DNA of 64,000 bases, taken from positions 18,038,587-18,102,586 of the forward strand of contig CM120648.1 of NCBI GenBank assembly GCA_051362555.1, given 5' to 3'. Positions 47,566 through 59,168 of the stretch are shown here, piece after piece. The notes under the pieces were generated by a model, which was given only the letters and a program-made list of their open reading frames with translations, made no database searches and was not told the DNA's origin. Numbering within the stretch: the stretch's first letter is position 1; every line of letters begins with the position of its first letter. Position numbers and translations under genes: made by a program. Source of the DNA: Lingula anatina. Lineage: Eukaryota > Animalia > Brachiopoda.

Positions 47566-48975
47566 GTAAGTTTAATGTCATAGGTTTACTAGAGAAAATG
47601 TTAAAGTGATGAACGTGCAGGTGAGTCCTGAACCATGCTTTCATAAACAAAATAAACAGAGGCTGGCAGATCTGCTGCACTGTGGAAATTATACTTTTGA
47701 AATACTGCCACTACCCATGTCAGTAATTATCAGTGATGTTTTTAAAAGTAATAAATATTGTTATGTGTCAGTTACTGCATCCCAGAGCTAATAATATGAT
47801 ATCATGGAGGATAAAGGGGTCCAGTCAGGGTCAGGGGGAGATCAGAGGTGAAGTGAAGGTCAGGGCAAGGTCAGAGGTGAAGTAAAGGTCAGGGAGAGGT
47901 CAGAGGTAAAGGTCAAGAAATTGTCATTTGTCCATCACAAGATCAGTCTTGGGTCAAGAGACCCAGAAATGTGCCAAAAGAAGTTATATTGAAATACAGT
48001 CATTTGACAATTGGGATGTAGCACAGTTGTTTCTTTATGTATAATATTATTTATTAATTATGATTTTATCGATATGAATATTATTTCTTTAATTTTTTGG
48101 AATTTTATAGGCTTACCAAATATTTCATAGTCGAAGGCTAATTTTAAGGTTGCTTTTTAGAAGTGACTTAGTAGACATGCTTTTCTTGCTAGTTTATACA
48201 TGTATATATTTTAGATGTCTAGCTTTCCTATGGAATATTGTATCACTTGTGGTGATACTCTAGTAGTATTTACTATTATACCCCAGACACTGGTTTAGGG
48301 GTGTATGGACTACAGGTTGGCTGTCTGTTAAGTTTGTTCATTAAAATTGCTTGACTTGGTGAAAACATCACATAACAGGTCAGCAGATTGTATTACTGAA
48401 ATTTTCAGACTTTTTTAAGATGAAGAAAAGGTAAATGATGTTAGTGAATTTTATGGATATTTCTTTGTATTACGGTAAGTTGATTTCGGAAATGCATCTA
48501 GTAAGGTGTGATGTGTGGTATATTTGATATGTTTATCATGTGTGTGTTGTGTTTAGAATTTATTTTGTCATGATTGTAGAACTTGCAGTGATGAGAGCCT
48601 TAGTGTCTTCACTAGAACAGCTTGCAGTGAACTGACACATGGTTACATACTATATTGACTTTAGAGAGTATCTAGAACCAGTTTCAGAAAATGACTTAAA
48701 AGTTTGCTTTTCTTTAGTCTATATGGCATTCAACAGAAATTCTGAATTAAAGACGAGACTTTTAACTTAGCTGAAATCACCCTACCTGGTTAACAATAGA
48801 ATGTTATTTTAAAACCCGATATTTTATTTGAAAGGTATAGGTGATGAGATCAATAACCTTTATAAAGATGTTGCGTAGTTTATTTGTATTAAAATAGCAC
48901 ATTTCTATACTTCAAAAATAACTGATTTCAAAAAGTTATCATTCTGTCATTGGATTATTTCTCTTCATTTGCAAG

Positions 48976-49011
48976 CCTCCACAGAGAGTGATAGATTTGA
49001 GTGAAGAAGAG
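48976..49011 (+). CDS. CLCN2: ClC exon N (36-nt microexon)
   Basis: PPQRVIDLSEEE resembles the invertebrate ClC-2 pre-CBS2 motif (RVIDMS); AAG acceptor, gtaaag donor. Confidence 0.75.
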
Positions 49012-50022
49012 GTAAAGTACCAGTAGCATGATGTGTGCTGTGTTCATTTATAAACTGACATCAGAGAAGACTTACATCCGCTGTGTTATGTTAGAACAAT
49101 TAAGTAGTTTTTCTTCAATCAACAGCTAATATTTGGCAGTGAATATTGCCTCATTCCATGATGTAGATACTCTTGAGAGACAGTGAAATATTGGAGGTAA
49201 TTATTAGCTGCCAGTATTCACTGGTCATTGAAGAAAAATGTCTTTATTCTTAAACTGACATATTGTTAATGTTGTTTAGTTCAGTCATACCCAGCCAAAG
49301 AATTTTAAACCAAGTTCAGAAGAAGGCAGATGAAGGCGGTTGTTTTGACAGAAGCTTCAAAACCAGAAAGAAAGTGACCAAGTGTATAATAGGCCAATTT
49401 ATCTGCTGCTTCTTTAAAAATATATGTTACATTTTGTTTACTTATTGATGTCAGGGGCAGATAATAAGGGTTGAAATGTCAAATAATTGACATAAAGTGT
49501 GACCTATACCATCCCATCCCCAGGTACTCATAGTAGTTAAGATGTGAATTATGGTTTTATCCTAGATATTCAATATTAGTACTTGAACCTAACTCACACT
49601 GCTTCATTTTGACAGCCTTAAGTCATGCCAAAAACTATAAGTATAATAGTATAAATATTTCACAACTGTCACTATGAATGAAAATCATAATATTTAATCA
49701 ATAACAAAAATAAAAAAATAAGTCTTGAGATTCAATTTTTTAAAAAACTTACATAAAAGTGTATCACATTCTATTGAATTACAACTTTATAGGCTAAGAA
49801 TTGGTTAAATTCCTTCTTGGATCACTATAAGGCTTTTGCAGTTAAGATGGAAGGCTTTATTATATGAAGCAGGGTCTGGCTCTGTAGATATTAATGACAA
49901 CCTGTTTTATTGCTCTCTGTAGATGTAAAATGACACAGTTGGTATTACACTGGGTCTGGGTCTGTAAATTCCATTGTTGGTCAGTTTTATTTCTTCCAGT
50001 AGTTATAAAATAGCACAGCTCT

Positions 50023-50285
50023 CAGTGGCAGATATTAAGAGGGGTGTCAGGGGGGTCCTGACCCCTCCCCTCCCCTTTGATTACTGAGAAAAAAATCACA
50101 CCTATAATTCCTCTTGAAATTAGAATTTTGTGTAGCTTAATCATAGTTTTAAACTATACCAGATGTCACCATTCACCAAATAAAATACCAAAATATCAGC
50201 GGGCCCCGAACCCCACTTCAGCAGGGGAAGGGGAGACTTCGATTCCATGGACCACCCCCTTCAAATAATTCTGGCTCCGCCCTTG
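50023..50285 (+). mobile_element. hAT-like MITE with 5-bp TSD
   Basis: CAGTGGCAGAT...CTCCGCCCTTG flanked by GCTCT on both sides; same family as 14543. Confidence 0.7.
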
Positions 50286-50836
50286 GCTCTTATTGCACAG
50301 TAATGCACTGCTTGTAGTGCTCTAGATATGGTTAGTCTCTTCCTCCATGTAGTGTTGCCATTTTGTATAGCCTGATTAAAGCTCATCTTATATGACAATG
50401 GCAATGAACAGTTTCCTAAATTTGAATGATTCTTGATAAGTTTAGTCTTGTTCTGCTTACTGCTAACATTAGATTGGATTGCTGTCTTAATTTTGGAGAG
50501 CACTGTAGATGGTCATGATAGTGTCATTGTTTTGACATGGTGTGACATTTGTTTGACAGTGTTGTGACAATGTATTGATGATAGTGTGATGTTGTTTGGG
50601 TGTAGTGAGACATCTTTACAAGGTTTTTTTTTTTAACATAGTGTGACATTGTTTTGACAGTGGTGTGGTATATTTGGACATAGTGTGACATTGTTTTGAT
50701 GTTAGTGTGATGTTGTTTGGATGTTTTGACATTTTTACAGTTTTTTTTCTCGGACATGGTGTGACATTTTTTGACAGTGGTGAAATATTTTTGACAGTAG
50801 TGTGACATTGTTTTGACACTGATGTTTATTCTGTAG

Positions 50837-50941
50837 CAAAGACAGTGGGAGGAAGAGCAGTTGAAATGTCAGGTGAAGTTTGAAGAGGCTCAGATAGACC
50901 CCGCCCCCTTCCAGCTAGTGGAGAGGACTTCCTTACAGAAA
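50837..50941 (+). CDS. CLCN2: ClC exon O (CBS2)
   Basis: QRQWEEEQL...[17 protein letters not shown]. Confidence 0.95.
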
Positions 50942-51274
50942 GTAAGATGAAAAAAAACAGAACATTTAGAAAATGCATGGCTGGTTTTCAAGAATGTTCA
51001 TTTTATCCGCATCTCTGTCTTTTACATAAATAAAACTTTCCAAAATTCAATAATGACTGGGGAATTGAAAAAAGAGAGGATCATTTAATCAAAATAAAAT
51101 TTAGCATCAATGCAGAGGAATCTGTCGAAGTGTTTCAGCTTATTCTTGGAAGAAATGGATCCATCATAATGGCATGGGAGAACTGAATTGTACATGTATT
51201 CTTTACAGTACCTAAGTAGTTAAGACTTCACTGTTTCACTTCTTTCTCACTATGTGGTTGTGGCTATGTTTCAG

Positions 51275-51361
51275 GTTCACTCTCTGTTCTCACTGCTAGG
51301 CCTGAACCATGCCTATGTCACCAATACAGGGAGATTGGTAGGAGTGGTTGCACTTAAAGAG
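51275..51361 (+). CDS. CLCN2: ClC exon P (CBS2)
   Basis: VHSLFSLLGLNHAYVTNTGRLVGVVALKE. Confidence 0.95.
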
Positions 51362-51519
51362 GTAAACACACATCAACATGTTACTATCATAACTATATAA
51401 CACTGTAAACTTGAACCATGCCTATGTCACCAATACAGGGAGGTTGGTAGGAGTGGTTGCACTTAAAGAGGTAAACACACATCAACATGTTACTATCATA
51501 ACTATTTAACACTGTAAAC
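51303..51519 (+). repeat. 109-bp tandem duplication spanning the exon P donor
   Basis: 59 exonic + 50 intronic nt; donors at 51362 and 51471. Confidence 0.95.
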
Positions 51520-51728
51520 ATCAGAATTGCTGCTATTTGGCACTAGAAAAGTAAATGCTTAATGTGTTTAAAAGTTGTTACAGTATTACTCAGCCTTTGT
51601 TAAATCTTGTGTGACCCAAGTCTTGTGTAAGGTGTTACACTCTCAAAGTATAGGTCAGAGAATGATGGAACAAGTTTAACAAATCACAGCATGGGGTAAT
51701 GCAATCAGCCTGCATTTTGTGCTTGCAG

Positions 51729-51848
51729 GTGAGGAGGGCCATTGAGGGCCAGGTAGAAGAAGACCATGAACTGATGCGGACACACAAGCATGGCAATACT
51801 GTGGAACTGGAGATGGAAGTGCGGGAACGGTCGGATAGTGAGGCTTGA
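51729..51848 (+). CDS. CLCN2: ClC last coding exon Q
   Basis: tgcag|VRRAIEG...RSDSEA*. Confidence 0.9.
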   Translation: MRRAIEGQVEEDHELMRTHKHGNTVELEMEVRERSDSEA

Positions 51849-52139
51849 ACTACATCAACTCATCAGATAGTGAGGCGTAAATAATAATTGCTCATGGTCA
51901 GTTTGGAACAGAAAGGAAAGTAAAGCACATGGAAACTGAAATATTTTATCAGGACATGAAATATGCCAGAAGACAGTGAAGAGAACATTACTAGGAGCTG
52001 TGTACCAGTAGAGAGAGAGGAGAGTAGGAACTCTTAACATTGGTGCTGTGGTCAGAATACTTGGTGTTTACCATGTACCCCCCTCTCACTGCTGACATAC
52101 TGCATTTAGAGAGTTATCAAAATAAAGAACAAAGAGATA

Positions 52140-52425
52140 TGGCATGTCATGATAGTCCATGACTTGACAGTCAGTGTCATGGTAACCATTGCCATGACAA
52201 TATGCCATGACAGTCCATGACCTGACATTCAGTACCATGGTAACCATTGCCGTGACAATATGGCATGACAGTCCATGGCCAGACATTCAGTATCATGGTA
52301 ACCGTTGCCATGACAACATGGCATGACAGTCCATGACCTGACATTCAGTACCATGGTAACTGTTGCCATGACAACATGCCATGACAGACCATGTCGTCAT
52401 ATACAGTGACATGGTAACCATTGTT
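52140..52425. repeat. 58-bp minisatellite (~5 copies) in putative 3' UTR
   Basis: CATGGTAACCRTTGCCATGACAA...GACAGTCCATGA periodicity. Confidence 0.85.
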
Positions 52426-52566
52426 TCAGTTCATAATAATGCCAATATCATTTTATCCATGTTAAATTTATTTGGGTGCTTAAGTAAATAAATACATTGT
52501 AACTACTGGTGTATGGGGGTGGGGGGGTTCATGCCAAGGCAGTCCTTTTGTACCCAGAGTTTAAGA

Positions 52567-52728
52567 GTTTACTGTAGACTGACCTGTGTAATCATCATGT
52601 CTTCCAGAAAGGGAGGGGAGACATGATGATAATACAGCTTACTGGCAGTTTACTGTAGACTGACCTGTGTAATCATAATGTCTTCCAGAAAGGGAGGGGA
52701 GACATGATGATAATACAGCTTACTGGTA
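52567..52728. repeat. 82-bp tandem duplication
   Basis: AGTTTACTGTAGACTGACC...CAGCTTACTGG twice. Confidence 0.9.
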
Positions 52729-53048
52729 GTCTACTGGAAACTCCAAAACTCTGGATGCCATTTTAGTCATATATTTGTATATATATATTAACATTACCAT
52801 ATTTTTTATATCTCTTTTTGTACAGACTGCATTATGATTTAAATTAGCTTTTTGAATGGTCAAATGATCCCTTGTTTTCCTTGTTCTGTTTATTTCAGTC
52901 ATTGGCATATTATCATTATTCATAAATTTCAATTATCACAAAACAGATACAACTGTAACAGTGAATTTCCCTCTGGGGTTTAACTGTTGTTTATATTTAA
53001 CAAAAAGAAACAACACTATGCTGTCAAGTGCAAGGAGCCAAGTTGTTT

Positions 53049-53289
53049 TAAAATAGGTTGTTCTATTAAAATAGACAGAACTGTTTTTATACGCTGTGGT
53101 GTACAGTGTTTGTCCACATAAATAGAATTAAAATAGGTTGTTCTATTAAAATAGACAGAACTATTCTTATACACTGTGGTGCACAGTGTTTGTCCACATA
53201 AATAGAATTAAAATAGGTTGGTCTATTAAAATAGACAGAACTGTTTTTATACGCTGTGGTGTACAGTGTTTGTCCACATAAATAGAATT
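53049..53289. repeat. 80-bp tandem repeat (3 copies)
   Basis: TAAAATAGGTTG...CCACATAAATAGAAT three times. Confidence 0.92.
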
Positions 53290-53947
53290 CCTCTCTCTTC
53301 TTTAGAATGTCAATTTAATACTTTTGATTTACTGAACAGCTGTGGCCAACAAACATATATTATCTCTATCTTATAAAGTATAAGGGTGTGTGTATGTGTG
53401 TGATCATTTGTGGGTGTGTAACAGTATAAGAAACGTTGTGCAGCATAAGATTTCTTAAAACTACAAAGCATCTCTGTGCGTCTTGATAGCCTTATGTATA
53501 AAGTTGGAGCCATGATATGTAAAAAATGAAGTCATCTTTTTCAGATATTCTAGTCTTACATACAGTATGTAGTATTGGGCCAGAATATCACTTGGTTGTT
53601 GCGGGATTTTGTACTTTTTACTATTCAGTCAGAAAAATTTCATTAGCATGGTGGGCCTCATATAATATGCTTACAAACTTGAGCATTGGTTGATCAAAAT
53701 TTATATTGTTTATGCATCAATTATGTGCCTATGTTATTGTTTATACAGAATGAAGTTAATCCAAGCCTGATATGCGTATATATTAGTGTTATGCAAGGTG
53801 TATTTAATAATAACGAACAGCAGTATTAACTACAGACTTCAGTGCAGTGATTTAGCTGGCATCATACCAGGAAGTTTATCAACAATTCTGTCTTCTCTGT
53901 AATGCTGAGATTTGAGACACAACTGTTGACCTTTGCAATTAATGAAA

Positions 53948-53953
53948 AATAAA
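53948..53953 (+). terminator. candidate polyadenylation signal of ClC gene
   Basis: AATAAA followed by a GT-rich tract; other AATAAA occur upstream, so tentative. Confidence 0.3.
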
Positions 53954-55192
53954 TATATTTTTCTTGAAATACAAGCTATTGTCTGTCTTGATTGACAGTA
54001 GACAAAGTTGTACATATATTCTGTAAAGAAGTTGGATGAAAATGACCACTACTGGTAAGATCCTTAAAACATTACTTTCCATTTGCAATTGAAAAACGAT
54101 TCCGTATAAACTTTTGTAGTTCTAAGGTATAAGCTAGGGTGATATTTACAAGACTGAAAAGCTTTTAAGCATCATTTTATCAGCAAAATTTGGAAAAAGT
54201 AACCTTAAAGATATAAATATTTTGGATGGTATATCTGTGCTAGTGTATACTTCATATTGCCTAGTAACAGTTGCCTTGGTGATCTCCAAGGCAACAAGTT
54301 CTGATTGTACTGGCTGTATGGAGTTGTGCCAGTCACTGCCAAACATGCCTACGAATGATTTCACCGCTCTCTCCGTCCCTGAAAAGATAGGGTTTGATTA
54401 ATAAAATGTAGGTAGAAAGACCAAGGAAATATTTAGTTGTAATCAATTAATTATTGTTTTGAAATAGAAAAATGATGGATTTAAGTTGGAAATTAGGATT
54501 ACTGGAAGAGGGCACTGAATAGGTGAAAATACAACCTCTTTCATATCAAATTCACATGATAGATATATTTTATGAATGTACATATGAACCAAGCATCGGT
54601 GGAGTGTGGATTCCCAGTAACACATAAACCACTTCTACTAGTTTCTTATACGACTCAAATAAAATCAACATGTTAAGGGATAAACTGAATAAATCACTCG
54701 TTCTGCCAAAAAAGAGCTTTAGACTGCTCCTTTCTTTAAATTTTTGGTCAAAAACTTTATCTACTTTCCTGACCTAGTTTTCTGCCACATTGATATACAG
54801 CAGCAAATCCATTCAGATATGATTTTTCGGGTAAAATTAAAAAGTGTCTTTTGGTTATCATCTTAGTTATACTACTAAAAACTATATGCTGGCATTTTGG
54901 TTAGCTTTTATGGCAAAATGTGCCAGAATTTAAGACTGAAAGATTTATTTACTCCTTTATTCCATATGCACCTTTAAATCGTGGAACGCAACTTATTTTG
55001 TTCTTATTTTATTATTATTATATATACAGTCATCCAGAGGAAACAGTTCAAGTCTTATTATGTTTACTGCTATGAAATACGTACACTGGTCTGGAAGAAA
55101 TACAACATTGGTAAAAAAGGTTGTCCCACCCCCAGTTTCATGTCAGGAAATGACGTAACCGCAGAGGTCGCATTGTCCAATGGCATGGCTTC

Positions 55193-56851
55193 TTTTTATG
55201 TACAGACACAGATGTGTCTGTACATATTGCCATCACCTGCGTCTGTCGTCGCCGATGCCGTCGCCGATGCCGATGCCGGCGCCGTGCACTTTCCTTGTAA
55301 ACACGATAAGTGGAGGGCAGTTTTACTTTTTGGCTTTATATTTACAGAGCTGATGAATATTCATAAAACGCAGGTCAAGTTCGAAAATCAGCTTGATCGG
55401 GCCATTATTGTAGAAGTTCTGCTGTTTTTTTACTTTTCAGCATATTTTTCACATTTCCTCAGATTCAATTCTTAGGCATGTTAACAGTCTCATTATTAAA
55501 CTAATAAGATACGTAAAAGTTTTTGTTTGACATTTCCTGTATCTTTACAACATTGTTAGTTGGTTTTGTAAAAATGATGGTAAACTTGTTATCGTGTATT
55601 GTGTAATAAAGTTTCAAAAATGGAAATAAACTCATATCATTGCAGTTTGTCAGATTCAATCATTCACTATGTTCAGAATCTCAGAATGGAAGAAATTGGA
55701 CATTTAACACTGCTTTATTGATATTTTTCCCATCTCATCAATTTTCTTAGTTGATCATATAAAAATGGCAGTAAACTGTTAATTTTGTTTTATGTTAAAA
55801 ATTGTTAAAAATGGAAAAAAAAAACATTTCAGAACAGTGCTGTTTTGTTTACATTTTGGCATTTTCAAGTTGTGACTTTGAAGTTCCATGGGCCTGAAGA
55901 CCTTTGCTAGTCACATTTTCTGAATATCCATGATACTAATATTTTATTATTAAAAATTGATGGTCATTATGCTGTTAAACATTATGTAATATTGCATCAA
56001 AATTTGAAAAAAACCTACTTTGGGCACTGCTCCCATGATGACCATTTAAGAAAAACCATGTCACTTACTGTTCTCAAACAGTACAGTAAATATGTACAGA
56101 TGTGTCTGTACATATTGCAATCACCATTGTCTGTCGTCGCCGTCAGCGCCGTCACCAGCGCCTTGCACTTTCATTGTAAACACGATAAGTGGAAGGCAGT
56201 TTTACTTTTGGGCTTTATATTTACAGAGCTGATGAATATTCATAAAATGCAGGTCAAGTTCGAAAATCAGCATGATCGGGCCATTATTGTAGAAGTCTTG
56301 CTTGTTTTCACTTTTCAGCATATTTCACATATTGGCATTTTCAAGGTGTGACTTTGAAGTTCTACATGCTTGAAGCCCCATGCTAGTCACATTTTCTGAA
56401 AATCCATGATACTTATATTTCATTATTAAAAATTGACGGTCATTATGCTGTTAACCAATATGTAATATTGCATCAGAATAGAAGAAAACAATTATGGGTG
56501 CTGCCACCATGATGACCATTATGGGAAAACCATGTTACTTATGATTGCCAAATGTTCAAAAAAGAAATGCAGGACTAAAATGCAGCCTGAGTTGGAAAAG
56601 TAGTCTAATTGGCTTCTTTTTCTGGAAGTTATACATTTTCAAAGTGTGAACTTGAACTCCCATGGGCCTGAAGCCTTATGCTTGTTACTCGTTTTACTTA
56701 CATTGGTATTACCTGTAGAGCATAATTAAAATTTGATGTTGAATTTGCAGTTTAACATAATGTACTTTTGCATCAGAATTGACAGTAGCCTATTTTGTGC
56801 ATAGTTATTTCCTGCTTTTTGTCTGTACATTTGACAGCTTTGCTGCCTTGT
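55193..56851 (+). mobile_element. second Helentron/HINE-like family element with internal duplication
   Basis: 5' ATGTACAGACAC..GTGTCTGTACAT hairpin, GCCGAT/GCCGTC microsatellite, 3' TGTCTGTACAT + short palindrome + CTTGT; head duplicated at ~56091-56330. Confidence 0.65.
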
Positions 56852-56917
56852 TCGTAATGGTAGGTTAGAGAGGACTGATATAAACATCAGAGGTGGAATT
56901 TGGATATACGGTTTGAT

Positions 56918-59168
56918 CAAGAAGTTATAAAGAGAAGGAGTAGAAACAAGGGGTTTCCTTTCATCCTATCCTCGTAACGGGCTTAATCCTAATAATTACC
57001 CAGCTGGTGGTCTTAGGGAGAGCTTGTGCCTAATACATATCCAAGAGACCGTCCACGTGGGTTGCTTCAGCCAATTGGGATAAACCCTCGCGAAGTCTCT
57101 AATAATCTCACAGAGAAAACATGGTGGGATTACAGAAAGGTGTAGAGAGAGATTTCAAGCCTGGACGCAAACATTTTGGGAAATAAAACTCAAATCATGC
57201 GAGATACACCTTCATTTGATCTAGAGCCGATTAGCTATACAAAAATTAGTTTCACATCAAGAATGTATGAGAACAATTTCACAAACCCACCTTCAACGCT
57301 AAAATTTGCACCTGTAGAAGTCTCATATTTATTTTAAATTCTTTTTGTTGTGTAAAGGCGTGTAAAGGAAATTTACCTTCATCCAGAAATGACACATTCA
57401 ATTCACAGCCGTGTACACAAAACAGTAGTACTTGCAATTTCCGTATGCCAGCCTCGTTTCTTTCTTTTTTGGCACATTATTGCTTATATACCAAGTAAAG
57501 CTTAAACAGGAAAATTGGGGAAATGAAAATAAGTTATTGCACTTAGTATGATTCTAAATAAAATTTCATTAATATATATTTTTGTTTAACTCTTTGTCTA
57601 TTACAGGAGGCCAACTAATAGTAGACTGATAGTTTAAATTCATTAGAAGAAAAAATCAAAGAAATATTTTTATTGATTGATATTGCTTTATTTCAACATT
57701 CGAGCAACTTGTATAATATCTAAAACAAAGTACCAGCAATGAAAATATGTCAATATTGTTACACCCAACAGTGATTAAAGCAATACAAAATTGGTAAGTT
57801 TTTATTTTGATGTGGTAATTATTTTATTTTATACTTTAGACAATTAGCCAGTTAACACTAAATTCCCTTTTAAAACTTGGACCACTAAATTCCCTTTTAA
57901 AACTTGCACCTCTTGTGCACTATAGTTTAATATTACTGGCGGTAAGAAAACAGAGCCTTGTGCCTCATCAAGTTGCTGCTGGAAACAATCATTTTGACTG
58001 TTCAATTATGGCTACATGTACATCTGCCAGCAAAACTAAAGATCTTTCACCTGCATTCTCTTCAACCTGAAATGAGTAAGTGCGGAATTCATAACAAAAT
58101 ATAACTCTATATCCTAAACGAAACTCTGCAAACATCATATTGCAATAAAAAATTGAAAAAAATTCCGAGAGTTCCCTGTCATCAAATTTTGGACCCACCA
58201 TTTTGAAAAAGTCCCATTGAAAAGTTGTTTATTTGAAACGATGTTTTTCATCCAAAGGATTGATTCATTTAATATCAAAATGTTATATTGTAATGGTGCG
58301 CGTGCTTAACTAACCAGAAAAACATAAATTATGTGCTTACACCACGTTAAAATTACCAAAAATTGTCCCAAACTGTCACCCAACTGTCTCTAACCAATTT
58401 AGGGACCCGCCATTTTGAAAAAGTCGGATGAAAAGTTGTCTATTTGAAACGATGTTTTTCATCTAAAGGGTTGATTCATTTAATATCAAAATGTTATATT
58501 GTAATGGTGCGCGTGCTTAACTAACCAGAAAAACATAAATTATGTGCTTACACCACGTTAAAATTACCAAACATTGTCCCAAACTGTCACCCAACTGTCT
58601 CTAACCAATTTAGGGACCCGCCATTTTGAAAAAGTCGGATGAAAAGTTGTCTATTTGAAACGATGTTTTTCATCTAAAGGATTGATTCATTTAATACCAA
58701 AGTGATGTATTGTAATGATGCACGTGCTTAACTAACCAGAAAAACATAAATTATGTGCATACATCACGCACTTAAGAAGAAAAAAGTCCTAAACATGGAG
58801 GTCCCGCTGAATCGGCCTCAGATCTTCGAGCTAACGCTGCTTTCTGCACAGACAAATTTGACTGACAGCCACCGTATGAACATAAAACAATGCTCAAAGC
58901 AGATTATCAACTCTCACTCACCTTTATATCGCTCGACTTGGCGTTTTTCTAAGTATAACTTCCAAATATTCGCAAACATGAATAAATCAAGACGTATACG
59001 CACTGGTTCAGCTTCTCCGTCTTGAGTCACGCGGAGGCGAGCGGAGGATTAGACCAGTTACGAGGATCGAATTTCAAAGGACGCCGCTTTGAAAAGAATG
59101 CTGCGATCTGATTGGACGAGAGAGATAATTGATGTCCCGTTTCTACTCCTTCTCATTATAACTTCTTG
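56918..59168. mobile_element. non-autonomous P-element-like DNA transposon
   Basis: 30-bp TIR CAAGAAGTTATAAWGAGAAGGAGTAGAAAC, 7-bp TSD GTTTGAT (56911-56917, 59169-59175). Confidence 0.85.
58191..58760. repeat. 211/212-bp tandem repeat (~2.6 copies) inside the P-like element
   Basis: CCATTTTGAAAAAGTC at 58198, 58410, 58621. Confidence 0.9.

Larger units (their letters stand above)
30916..51848 (+). other. CLCN2: ClC-2-like voltage-gated chloride channel gene, 3' part (17 exons traced; 5' exons not in window)
   Basis: Phase-consistent exon chain giving [62 protein letters not shown]1 and CBS2 ([14 protein letters not shown]). Confidence 0.93.

Noticed and set aside
47820-47915. Cluster of AGGTCA nuclear-receptor half sites
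   Set aside because: The same motif is abundant in local repeats; low-complexity origin is more likely.
50524-50820. Degenerate TGTGACATTGTTTTGACAG repeats just before the exon O acceptor
   Set aside because: Units do not reproduce the real acceptor or exon start, so not counted among the splice-site arrays.
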